This document shows, in pieces, positions 24,301 through 35,984 of a stretch of DNA of 64,000 nt; position 1 is the stretch's first letter; each line of letters starts with the position of its first letter. The position numbers were made by a program, and so were the translations under genes. The notes beneath the pieces are model-generated. The model saw only the letters and a program-made list of their open reading frames with translations, was not told the origin of the DNA and did not search any database. This DNA comes from an uncultured Verrucomicrobiae bacterium (GTDB taxonomy: Bacteria > Verrucomicrobiota > Verrucomicrobiia > Limisphaerales > JAFGQR01): positions 1 to 64,000 of the forward strand of contig CAWBHS010000023.1 in assembly GCA_963788655.1 (NCBI GenBank), read 5' to 3'.

Positions 24301-27300
24301 CGGCAGCTTTACCTGGACGATCAGCCAGGCCACCTACCCGGTGTCCGATCAATACGTGATTCGCATCAGTTCGGTAGGCGCACCGGCGATCACCGACCAG
24401 ACCGATGCGGTGTTCAGCGTCATCCCGCCGATTTCCAATTACTATGTGAACGACAACTCGACGTTGGGCGACGTGTACACGACAGCGGTGGGCGATGACG
24501 CCAACGACGGATTGACGCCCGCTACGCCCAAGGCCAGCATTCGCGCGATTCTGGAAACCTACGACTTGGAGTACACGGACACCATTTTCGTCGATACCGG
24601 CTATTACTTCCTCACTGAAAACATCCTCATCACCAACCCGGATTCCGGCGTGATCATCCGGGGTCCCGACGGCGTGGTGCCGCTGAGCACGTTCTACAGC
24701 GACCGCGTGCTGGAGGATAATCCGCTGGCGTATTTCCGATTCGGCGAACCCAACGGCACGACCGCCACCGATGCCTCGGGCAACGGGTTGGACGGCACCT
24801 ACGTCAACGGCGTCACGCTGGGTATCGCGGGCGCCCTGCCGAATTCGACGGACACGGCGGCGCAGTTTGATGGCGTGGATGACTACGTGGATTTGCCCGA
24901 TGGATTTGCCGACTTCACCAACGGGCTGACGCTGGAGATTTGGATCTATCCCACCCAGGCCGATACCTATTCACGCCTGTTTGACTTCGGCAACGGTCAG
25001 AACAGCGACAACATCATCCTGGCCCGCCGGAGCACGACCAATGACCTGACGTTGCAGGTCTGGAACAACACCACGGCGGGGGCCATGTTGACGGCTTCCG
25101 GCGTGCTCGAGTTCAACAAATGGCAGCACTTTGTGGCCACGATTGACAACACTGGCGCCGCGCAGATTTTCAAGAACGGCCTGCTGGTTGCTTCGGGCAA
25201 CGTCACCGCGCCGCGCAACGTGACGCGCACCAGCAATTATATCGCCCGGAGCAACTGGACCACGCCGGATGAATACTACACCGGCAGTTTCGATGAGGCG
25301 GCGATTTATGATCATGTTCTCACCGCGCAACGAATAGCCACGCATTATTACAGCGCGACCGGGCAAAGTGCCGTGTTGGACCGCGCCAATAGCAACAGCG
25401 GCAAATACGTGTTCGAACTCGACAATGCGGACGCGGTCACGCTGTCGAATCTTTCCATCACCGGCGGCTACGACGGCATCAACATCAATCACGGCTCGAT
25501 CCTCTTCACGCTCGAAAACTCGACCGTCTATAACAATGCCAATGCCGGTCTGAACATCCAGGATGCCGCGTCCGCCAATCCCACCATTCGCGACAGCGTG
25601 TTCTACGGCGATTTGAGCGCGGGCGCCAGTGGCGATCAGAATTATGGGGTCTATTCAAAAGGTCAGGATCCCACGGTATTGCGCAACCAGGCCTATCACC
25701 TGAACGGCCGCAGCAGTTACGGCATTTATCTCGATAACGCCGGCACCAACGTCGTGGCGCGCGACAACTTGCTCTTCAACAACTCGACGACCGGCCTGAC
25801 GATCATTGCCCAAAGTTTCGAGTCTTCCGGCAATGTGGCCTATAATAACGACCGCGGCTTCTATTACGAAGACACTACGGGGTCGCAGGTGGCGACGGTG
25901 CATGACGATCTGGCCTTCGGCAACGGCACCGGTTTCGAACTCCGTGGTGCGGGCGAATACTACGATCTGAATGCCCACGACAACGGCACCGGCTTCTACG
26001 CGCCGAATGCCGCGCTGACGGGTATCGTCCACGACATCACCAGTTGGGCCAATACGACCGGCATCAGTTGGAACAGTGGCACGCTTCAAAATGCGCGCGT
26101 CTTCGGCAACACCGGCACCGGCTTGGTTCTCAACTACGGTGCTTGGACTGTCACCGGTGTGACGGCCTACAACAACGCGACCGGCATCCACTCGCAGGGC
26201 TATCACAGCAATAACACCCTGGCGAACAACCTCGTCTATGACAACCGCGACCGCGGCATCTGGCTCGACGACGCGCAATCGAGCAGCGGCACCCTCTTCT
26301 TCACCAACAACACCGTGATGGAACTGAACGCCGACGCGGTGGAGATCACCGGCAACAGCCAGAATGTGCAGTTGAAGAACAACGTCCTGTGGGCCGGCGG
26401 CGCGGGACATTATGTGGTGCGGGTGGCGGACACCGCCCAGCGCGGATTCAGCAGCGACTACAACCTGTTCCGGTTTACGGACGGCGCCCAATTCGGTTTC
26501 TGGCAAAGCGGCTTTGCGACGTTGGCGGATTGGCGTTACGAACTCGGCTTTGATACCCATTCGGTGGCCACCGATCCGTTGTTTGTCGATCCCGCTGGCG
26601 CCGATGGCATTCGCGGTTACCAGGAGTTTGCCGGCTTGATGTTCGAATATTTCCCGAACGCGACCTTCAACGGCGCCCCAACGGTGACGCTCATTGATCG
26701 CAGTATTTCCTTTGGCAGCTACTTCGGCGCCTTTCGGAATTTCGCGGGCCAGCCCAGCGACAACCAATCCTTCCGGTGGAGCGGCGAGATCTATTTGTCC
26801 ACCGCCGGCAGTTACACGTTCTACATTAATTCCTCCGGTCCACAACGGCTGACGCTGGGTGGCAACCTGTTGATCGACGACTTCAGCAATCCCTCGAACA
26901 CCGAGCAACATGCCACCTACACCGCGGCCACGCCGGGGTGGGTCAGCATCCTGTACGAAGTGGTTGATCCCGCTGGCGGCAGCGGCACGCAGGCTAGTCT
27001 CGATTGGACCACGCCCGATAACCCGGTCCGCCGGACGGTGCGCGCCGAAGAGACCGCCTATGCGGCGGGCGGCGGCGCGGCGCTCGATCATCTGGTGCTC
27101 CGTTACCAGTCCGACACGCCCAGTTACGGATTGGATGACGACTTCCATCTGTCGTCCACTGCGGGCAGTTGGCATGGTGGTATTTTCGCCGCGGACGCGG
27201 TGGATTCCCCGGCCATCGACCTGGGCGACTTGGCATCGCCGTACGCGAACGAGAGCAATCCCAACGGCGGCCGCATCAATCTGGGCTTCGAAGGCAACAC

Positions 27301-30300
27301 GGAACAAGCCTCACGCTCGCGTTCTCCATACTTGCAACTCCTTTCGCCCAATGGCTTCGAGAAGACCCGCATCAACGGTGGCATGATCATTCAATGGCGC
27401 ACGCTGGGCGACTTGCCGTTCGTCGATATTGCCGTGAGCCTGGATGGCGGCGCGCACTTCACCACGATTGCGGCGGGCGAAACCAATGACGGCGACTTCG
27501 CCTGGAATCCAACCACGGCGTCGAACCAGGCGCTGATCCGCATTTCCAGCACGCTCGATCCGTCCATCAGCGACACCTCCGACAACTTCTTCACCATCGG
27601 TGCGGCGGGAACGGTCTATTATGTGAACGACAACGCGCAGGCGGGTGACTTCTACTCGCTGGCCGTCGGCGACAATGCCAACTCCGGCACCACGCCCAGT
27701 GATCCGATGAAATCCGTTAACGCCGTGCTGGGCGCCTACGATCTTGAACCGGGCGACATCATTTATGTGGATACCGGTTACTATCCGCTCTCGACGAATA
27801 TTCGGATCACCGCCGCGGATGCCGGCGTGAGCATTCTTGGCCCGACCACCAGCACCGGCTTGGGCGCGGCGTACGAGTCGGCCGTGCTGGCGGATGCGCC
27901 CCTGGCCTATTACCGGCTGGGCGAAAGCAGCGGCACGATCGCTGCGGATGCTTCCGGGCACGGACTGGATGCCAGCTACGTGAACGGCGTCAGCTTGGGC
28001 GGGCCGGGCGCGCTGAATGGTTCCTCCGACACGGCCGCCCAATTCGATGGCAATGATGATTACGTGGATTTGCCGGATGGCTTTGCTGACTTCACCAACG
28101 GGGTGACTTTGGAAATCTGGATCTATCCGACGGCGAACGCCCAATGGTCGCGTTTGTTCGATCTCGGGAATGGCACGGCCAGTGACAATATTTTGTTGAG
28201 CCGATACACCACCAACAACGACCTCTATCTCCAGATTTACAACGGCGGCAGCGCCGGCGGCAATCTGCGCGCGTCCGGCATCCTCGACTACAACCGCTGG
28301 CAGCACATCGTGGCCACGGTGGATGCGTCCGGCAACGCGCGCATTTACCGGGACGGGGTGCTGTGGACCAGCGGCACGATCAACGCCCCGAACAATGTGA
28401 GCCGCACGAGCAGCTTCATTGGCCGGGGCAACAGTTCCGATCCCTATTTTGCCGGCGGCTTGGACGAGGCGGCGGTTTACAACTACGTGTTGCCAGTGGA
28501 CCGCATCGCGCAACACTACTTTGCTGGTATCGGCCAGGGGGCCGTGTTGGACCGGGCCAACACCTCGAGTGGCGCCTTTGCGTTTGAACTGAACAACGCC
28601 GATAATGTCCGCTTCGATTACCTGGGCATCACTGGCGGCTACGACGGCATCAACGTCAGCAATGGTTCCGCAAACTTCACGCTCCAGCATTCGCGCGTGT
28701 TCAACAACGCCAACAGCGGACTGAACATCCAGGATGCCGCCTCGGCGAACCCGGTGCTAACCGACAACGAGTTCTACGGCGACCTGGCCCTGGGCAGCGG
28801 CAGCGACCAGAATTACGGCGTCTTCTCCCGGGGCCTGGATCCCACGGTGTTGCGCAACCGCGCTTATCATTTGAATGGCTCCACCGGCTACGGCATTGAC
28901 CTGGAAAATGCCGGCACCAACGTGCTGGTCCAGGACAACGTGGTGTTCAACAATTCCAATGCCGGACTGTCCGTTTCAGCGTCGGCCTTTGACATCACCG
29001 GCAACGTGGCCTTTGACAATGGCACGGGTTTCGATTTCAACGACACCACCGCGCCGTTGGTGGGCCAGTCGCACGACAATGTGGCTTACAATAACAGCAC
29101 CGGCTTCCGCCTGGCAGGCTCAGGTGAGTTTTACCACGAAATGGCCCACGACAATGGCGCCGGCTTCCTGGTGAGCAACGGCGCGCTCGATGGAGTGGTC
29201 CACGACATCACGAGTTGGCACAACACCACGGGCATCAATTGGAACAGCGGCACGCTTCGCAACGCGCGCGTCTATGGTAACCTCGGCACCGGCATTTACC
29301 TGGGCTACGGCAATTGGACCGTGACCAACAACGTGGTGTACGACAACTACACCGGGATCCATTCGCAGGGCTATCACAGCAACAACACGCTCGCCAACAA
29401 CCTGGTCTATGACAACCGGGACCGCGGCATCCTGTTGGATGACGTGCAGACCAGCAGCGGCACCTTGTTCGTCACCAACAACACGGTGATGGAACTGGAT
29501 GCCGACGTGATCCAGATCACCGGCAACAGTCAGAACGTCCAACTGCGGAACAACGTCCTCTGGTCCGGTGGCGCCGGCCACTATGTGCTCAACGTGGCCA
29601 ACACCGCCCAACGCAGTTTCAGCAGCGATTACAACCTGCTCTATTTCACCGACGGCGCGAAGCTGGCGTACTGGCAGAACGATTTCAATACGCTGGCCGA
29701 CTGGCGTTACGAATTGGGCTTCGATCTCAATTCGCTGAACACCGATCCGTTGTTCGTCGATCCGGACGGCGCCGACAACGTGCGCGGCTACCAGGATTAC
29801 ACCGGCTTGCAGTTCGAATATTTCGCCAACGGCACCGGCGACTTTGGCGGCACCCCGGCGGTGACGTTGATTGATCGCTCGGTCAATTTCAGCTCCACCA
29901 ACAGCGCCTTCCGGGGCTTGGCCGGCCAGCCATCGGACAATCAAAGCTACCGGTGGACAGGCGAAATCTACTTGCCCGTTGCCGGCACTTACAATTTCTG
30001 GATCACGTCCCAGGGACCGCAACGGCTGACCATCGACGGCACCCCGATCATCGACGACTACAGCTTGTCGGCGAGTACAGGCGTCGAGCAAACCGGCGCC
30101 TACACGGCGGCGGGTGCCGGATGGGTGAGCCTCAGCTACGAAGTGGTCGATCCCGCATCTGGTGGCGCTACGATGGCGCGCCTCGAATGGAGCACGCCCG
30201 ACTTACCGCAACGCCGCGTGATCCGCGCCGTGGAAGCGCTCCCCGGCACGCCGGAGCGGGTCGTGTTGCGCTACAACACTGCGGCCGCCACGACCGGAGT

Positions 30301-33300
30301 GGATGACAATTTCCACCTGCAATCGTCTTACGGCAGTTACCGGCCGGCCACGATGAGCTTTGTGAACGATGCCCTCAGTTCGCCGGCCATTGACGCCGGT
30401 GACCTCACGTCCGCTTACGCGAACGAACTTGCGCCCAACGGTGGCCGCATCAATTTGGGCTACGAAGGCAACACGGCGGAAGCGTCACATTCCTCCGACC
30501 AGATCCTCCAATTGCTCTCCTTCATCGGCGGCGAAAAAGTGCGCCAGGGCGAAGCCTCGTTGATCCGCTGGCGGTCGTCCGGTATTGGCGCCGTGGACCT
30601 GTGGTTCAGTGCTAACAGTGGTGCCACTTGGACTTTGCTGGCTGACGACGAACCGAATGACGGCGTGTTTGCCTGGAATCCGGCGACGTCCACCCTGCAC
30701 GGCCGGTTGCGCATCAGTGCGGGCACCGTGACCGACTTCAATTCGCCGGACGCCGTTTTCGACGTCTCGGAAGCCGACTTCACGGTGGGTGCGGCGGGCA
30801 ATCTTTACTACGTGAATGACGCGCTCACTGCGGGCGATCAATACACCACGGCGATTGGCGACAATGCCAATTCAGGCACCACCCCGGCGGACCCGATGTC
30901 CTCGCTCAACGCCGTCCTCAACGTCTATGACCTGGGAGCGGGCGACGTGATCTATGTGGATACGGGGTATTATCCGCTGCCTACGAACGTTCGTATCACG
31001 GCGTCGGATTCCGGCGTGACGGTGCAAGGCCCAACCACCAATGTGAGCGGCAGCTCGAACTACCCGCAAGTCGTGCTGGACGATGCGCCGGTGTTCTACT
31101 ACCGCCTGGACGAGAGCAGCGGCACGACCGCTGTGGATCTTTCCGGCAACAACAATGCCGGCACGTACGTGAATGGCGTGCAATTGGGCCAGCCCGGCGC
31201 CCTGACCAACAACACGGCCATTGGCCTCGACGGCGTCAACGACTACGTGCTTTTGCCGGACGGCTTCAACAGTTTCGCGAACGGCTTCTCCTTCGAGTTC
31301 TGGGCCTATCCAACCAGCACGGGGAGCTACCAACGGTTCCTCGATCTGGGCGCTGGCCAGGCAGCGAACAACATCATCGTGTATCGCCGTTCGACGACCA
31401 CCGACCTCGCTGTGAACGTGTATAACGGCTCAACCGCCAGCTCCGAAGTGGTCGCCAGCGGCGTGCTGGAATTGAACCGTTGGCAGCATTTCGCGATTAC
31501 CATGGACCCGAGTGGCTTGGCTCGCATTTACAAGGACGGCGTGCTCGTAGCTTCCGGTCAGACCGGCGTGCCGAACGACGTCAACCGCACGAGCAATTTC
31601 GTCGGCCGCAGCAATTGGTCCACCGACGCGAACTATGCGGGCGGCTTGGACGAAGTCGCGCTGTATGATCATGTGCTCAGTGCGGAACGCGTCGCAATCC
31701 ATTATGGCGTGGCCACGGCGCAAGGGGCGCTGCTGGATCGCATCAACGTGGTCACGGGCCGCTATGCGCTCGAGTTGGCCAGTGCGCAGAATGTCACGGT
31801 GCGGAACCTGGGCTTCACCGGCGGCGAATGGGGCTTCGTGGCCAACAATGCCGACGGTCTGCGGCTGTACGATTCCCTGGCCTTTAACAATGCTGCCGGT
31901 GGGTTCTACGTGAACACCGACGTGGCCGATGTGGTGGTGTCAGGCAACGAAGCGTATGGCCGGACGGGCAATTCCAATAAAGACCAGAACATTGGCTTCC
32001 AATTGCGCGGCGACCAGATGGTGATCGTCAACAACCGCGCTTACAAAGTCGGGGCCCAATTGGGTGACGGCATTGACGTGGACAGCGCCGATGACCTGGT
32101 CTTCCACGACAACCTGGCCTACAACAACGTCAATGGCATCAGCATCAGCACCTCGCAAGGCGACGTTTATGCCAACGAGGCGCGCGACAATGACCGCGGC
32201 ATTTACGTGGACGATTCGAATGGCAACGCCCGCACCCAGGTGCATGACAATTTCTCGCACGACAACGACGCCCAGGGATTCTACTTGGACGACAATGTCG
32301 AGGCCTACAACAACACGGCCCAACTCAACGGCGGCGACGGATTCTTCATCAATAACGACAACACGCTGGTCCGCAACAATTACTCCCAACAGAACGCCAC
32401 GGGCATTCACGCCCGTTACGGCCAGGTCATTCAAAACCGCGTGGTCGGCAACACCGGCGCGGGAATTTACACCGATTACACCGGCGTTTTCATCAGCGGC
32501 AACAGCGTGTATGGCAATACCCGCGGGCATCGAGATCACCAATTACACCGGCGCTTCCACCGTGCAAAACAACCTGGTCTATGACAACACCAACTTCGGC
32601 ATATACGTTCACGGTGCCGGCACCAGCGGCAACCTCGGCACGCGCGTGATCAACAACACCGTTCACCACGAAGTGGGCAGCGCCATCCGCTTGGAAAACA
32701 ACGGCAACAACGTGGTGCTCTACAACAACCTCATTTATATCAACGGTGGTTTGGGCCTCGAAGTCATTGGCAACGTCACCGGGTATGACAGCAATTACAA
32801 CGACATCTTCCCGGCTCGCGTCGGCGCCAACGTGGGCAAATACCTCAGCCAGCCCAATTCCGCCACCCTGGCCGATTGGCAGACCGCCTCCGGCAAGGAT
32901 GCGAACAGTCAGTCCGCCGATCCGCTTTTCATCGACATCAATGGCGGCGATAACATTCTGGGCTGGGAGCAGCCGGACCCGCAAAGCCAGTTTGCTGACT
33001 TCGGATCTGGACGACAATTTCCACTTGAAACGCGGTTCGCCCGCCATCGACACCGCGGATGGCGAAGTGGGACCGGCCCAGGATGCCGATGGCAACAATC
33101 GCGTGGATGATTTGGGCACGTTGAACACCGGCAACGGCGTCTTCCGGTTCTACGACTTGGGCGCATTCGAATTCGTCGGGTCCAGTTCCGATGTCACCCC
33201 GCCGGTGGTGACGGCGCTGGTGCCGGTGGGCCTGGTGGACAATGCGGTGCTCGACAGCGGATTTGACCGGTTGATCATCCGGTTCAGCGAGCCGTTGGAT

Positions 33301-34871
33301 GCCGTCAGCGCCCGCAGTTTGTCGCTGTATCATCTGGTCGAAGCGGGTTCCGATGACAGCTTTGACACCGGCGATGACGTGCCGGTGAGCTTGGTGGCTG
33401 CCAATTATACCACCGGCGACATTGAGGTGACGCTGGTGTTTGGCGCGTCGCTTGGCCAGGGACGCTACCGGCTCACGCTGGGCACCACGACCGAGGTGCT
33501 GGTGGACCGCGCCGGCAACGCCTTGGACGGCGATAACAACGGCACGCCAGGCGGGAATTTTGTGCGCCATTTCCGCATCAACCTGGCGCCGTCGGTTCTC
33601 GGTACCACGATCAACGATGGTTCGGTTCAGCGCTCGCGGATCAGCAGCGTGACCGTGCAGTTCAGCGAAAACGTCAGCGCCAGTTTGGCGGCGGGTGACT
33701 TCCTTTTCAGCAATTTGACCACCGCGACGGACATCAACTCGCTCAATATCTCGCTGGCTTACGATCCGGTCCACCAACCGCGCAACGCTCACTTTCCCCG
33801 GATTGCCGGGCCAGAGACTTCCCGGATGGCAATTACCGCCTCACCATCACCGCTGCCAACGTGACGGATGTTGACGGCAAACCGCTAACGGCTGATTACA
33901 CTTATCAATTCTTTGTGCTGACTGGCGATGTCAACGCCGACCGGGTCGTGAATGATCGCGACCTGTACGCAGTCTGGCAGAACCTCCTCAAACCGGCCGC
34001 GGCTCGGGATTTGAATGCCGACCTCGATGGCGACAGCCAGGTGACGCAAACGGATGTCAACGTGGTCAAAGGCAATTACCTGGCCACCCTGGCACCGGTG
34101 ACCATGGCGCCGGTGCCTTTGATGGTGCTAGCAGCAAGTCAGCCTATTGTGGCGGCTCAATCGCTGGATTTGGCCGAGAGCCAAGAGGCGACGACGCATT
34201 CGGCATCAGCACTCGCCCCAACCGAGGCAGCCAATGCAGCGGGACCGTCACTCGCAATGGCGTCAGCATCGGATAGCAATTTGACTACGAACACCGTTGG
34301 GATAGTACCGATCCTCTACCCTGAACCAATCGCGCCGTTCTTTCCAACCTTCGTAGCAGCCGACGTAAGGAGGCTCACTCTTTCGAAACATGAAGACACA
34401 ATCGACTCGTCCCGCTTGCTACCCATTACCGATGCAACGCTTGAATCCCATTCGGTGTTACTGGCCATGAATTTCTCCTCGACTGTTGAGCTTGACCCGC
34501 AGCTTTCGATACTGAAGCGTATTGGCATGAGCGCCGATAGTTCCCAGTCTTGGATAACGATTCTCCCTCCCCGCGAACCGTGTAGCAACGGACGTGAGTC
34601 CGCTCTTTCTGAATTCGAAAAGAGTCAGAGCGGACTCACGTCCGCTGCTACAATGGTTCAGGAGTTCAACGCGCCAATGTTTTTGGGCAATTATCTCCCC
34701 CGCAAACATCGCGGGGGCGAGGGAACAGAAAAGGACGACGTTGGAATCATCGCTAGTCGCCAGCAACTCCGGCCACGTTTGGAACGTATGGGATCGCATG
34801 TTGTTGAAAGTCATCCTGCGACCACCGAAATCCGAGCGGCTGAATCCCCCGTAAAGGAGACGTACCGATGA
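9367..34871 (+). CDS. Giant LEPR-XLL / RTX / beta-helix / LamG / PA14 / dockerin surface protein (~8,500 aa); appears as ORFs 9367-20262, 20294-32584, 32064-33110, 32746-33864 and 33861-34871
   Basis: N-terminal FELEGLEPRILLSAD. Domain patterns continue across +1 shifts at ~20221, ~32521, ~33009, ~33770 and ~33821. Confidence 0.85.
15820..18400 (+). repeat. RTX / hemolysin-type calcium-binding nonapeptide tract within the giant gene
   Basis: Dozens of GGxGxDxL/I-type repeats (e.g. GGAGDDYID, GGNGNDSIY, GDAGNDLIH). Confidence 0.95.
21760..33180 (+). repeat. Four tandem coding supermodules (Ig-like - beta-helix[+LamG] - [PA14] - choice-of-anchor-Q-like end); full units ~3.2 kb
   Basis: Recurring IRW, YYVND..GD.Y..A.GD, DPLFV and DDNFHL...SPAID motifs. 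Units 2 and 3 are highly similar at DNA level (e.g. 26189 vs 29360). Confidence 0.9.
34581..34652. repeat. GTAG-type REP-like palindrome inside the giant gene tail
   Basis: tgtagcaacggacgtgagtccgctct ... agagcggactcacgtccgctgctaca inverted arms; a degenerate related copy lies at ~34352-34421. Confidence 0.85.
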
Positions 34872-35666
34872 ACCACCGTTCCCGGCCATTTCTCATCTTG
34901 CTTGCCTGTCTGCTCGCCAGTTTGGCGTCGTCGAGTTCGGCGCAGGTCGTGGCGGTGACATTGCGCCTGGACACCAACCAAATCCCGGTGGGCGGCAGCA
35001 CGCAGTTGCACGTTGAGGCGCAAATCCTGCCGGCGTACCGCAACGGAGCGTACGGCATCTTTTCCTGGTATGTGGACGTGCTCAACACCAATGGCGCCAT
35101 CGCCAGTGCGAACTACACGGTGATGCAGAAGACGGCTTCGGACAACGACCCGGATTCTTCCTCCATCGGCACGGCGGACGGTGCCAGTCAGCGCGGCATC
35201 TACGACACATTCCTGGACTTGCCCGGCGCCGGCCTTGACGCGCCGGTGGAGTTGATGACTATCCCGATCACCGGCCTCGCGGTCGGCCAAACACGCTTCG
35301 AGGTACAAGCCGGGACGGGGGTGCCGGAATTGAGCGCGGATTTCTTGGTGGCGGTCACCAACGCCCCGGACCCCTTGACCGGCGGCGATTACAGCGCCGC
35401 CAGCGTCGATTTGACCGTGTTGCTAGGTCACGCCCACCGCCCCGCATCTGACGATAACCAGCGCGAAATTACCCGGCGGTTCCGACCAGGTAACTCTCCA
35501 TTACACCGTCCAACCCGGCTACGATTACTATGTAGAATACCGCGACAGCCTAACGCCGGGAGTGCCGTGGCAAACCCTGCCCGGCGGTCCGCACAATTCC
35601 GGCGTGCCCATCGATGTTCCCGGCGTGCCAACTCGCTTCTATCGGGTGCGAGTCGTCGCGCCTTAG
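34868..35666 (+). CDS. Secreted cohesin-like protein with verrucomicrobial C-terminal FYRV domain (one +1 frameshift ~35426)
   Basis: Signal peptide and a ~160-aa all-beta domain (NQIPVGGSTQLHVEA...VELMTIPITGLAVGQTRFEV). The +1 frame gives VTPTAPHLTITS...WQTLPGGPHNSG...TRFYRVRVVAP*. The start overlaps the giant-gene stop (ATGA). Confidence 0.6.
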
Positions 35667-35679
35667 CTGTGACTATTCC

Positions 35680-35812
35680 GTAGGACAGGCGTCGCGCCTG
35701 TCTCGAACGACTGCCAACCATCGATTTGCCCCGCGGCGTCGGAAGCCTCTCCAAGTCACCAAAAGGTGAGAATGCCTTTGGCCATTCGAGACAGGCGAGA
35801 CGCCTGTCCTAC
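35680..35812. repeat. REP doublet (REPIN-like), GTAGGACAGGCG family
   Basis: 28-bp inverted arms at 35680-35707 and 35785-35812 with one mismatch; each arm is itself a hairpin. Confidence 0.9.
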
Positions 35813-35984
35813 CGCGCCGAGGCGCGTCATCGCTGCTCCGGCTACTGAATTGATACGCCTTGGATTGTTGAACGCGCCGAGAAGACGGTTAACGATCCTC
35901 TTCCTAAACCGGTACAAAAACAGCCAGAGAATCTTGGGCTGCGAATGACTCGCTTTTTTCGAGTCGAGCCACCAAATTGCACCA

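Noticed and set aside
24130..30495. Diversity-generating retroelement TR/VR pair
   Set aside because: The duplicated units differ largely at synonymous positions rather than at adenines; no reverse transcriptase.
10006..33792. Long minus-strand ORFs opposite the giant gene (e.g. 10006-11952, 15181-17493, 25655-27307)
   Set aside because: Antisense shadows of a high-GC3 repetitive gene; no recognisable motifs.
20200..33830. Programmed frameshifting or phase variation in the giant gene
   Set aside because: No slippery heptamers or long homopolymers at the sites, and the same +1 pattern occurs in unrelated genes.
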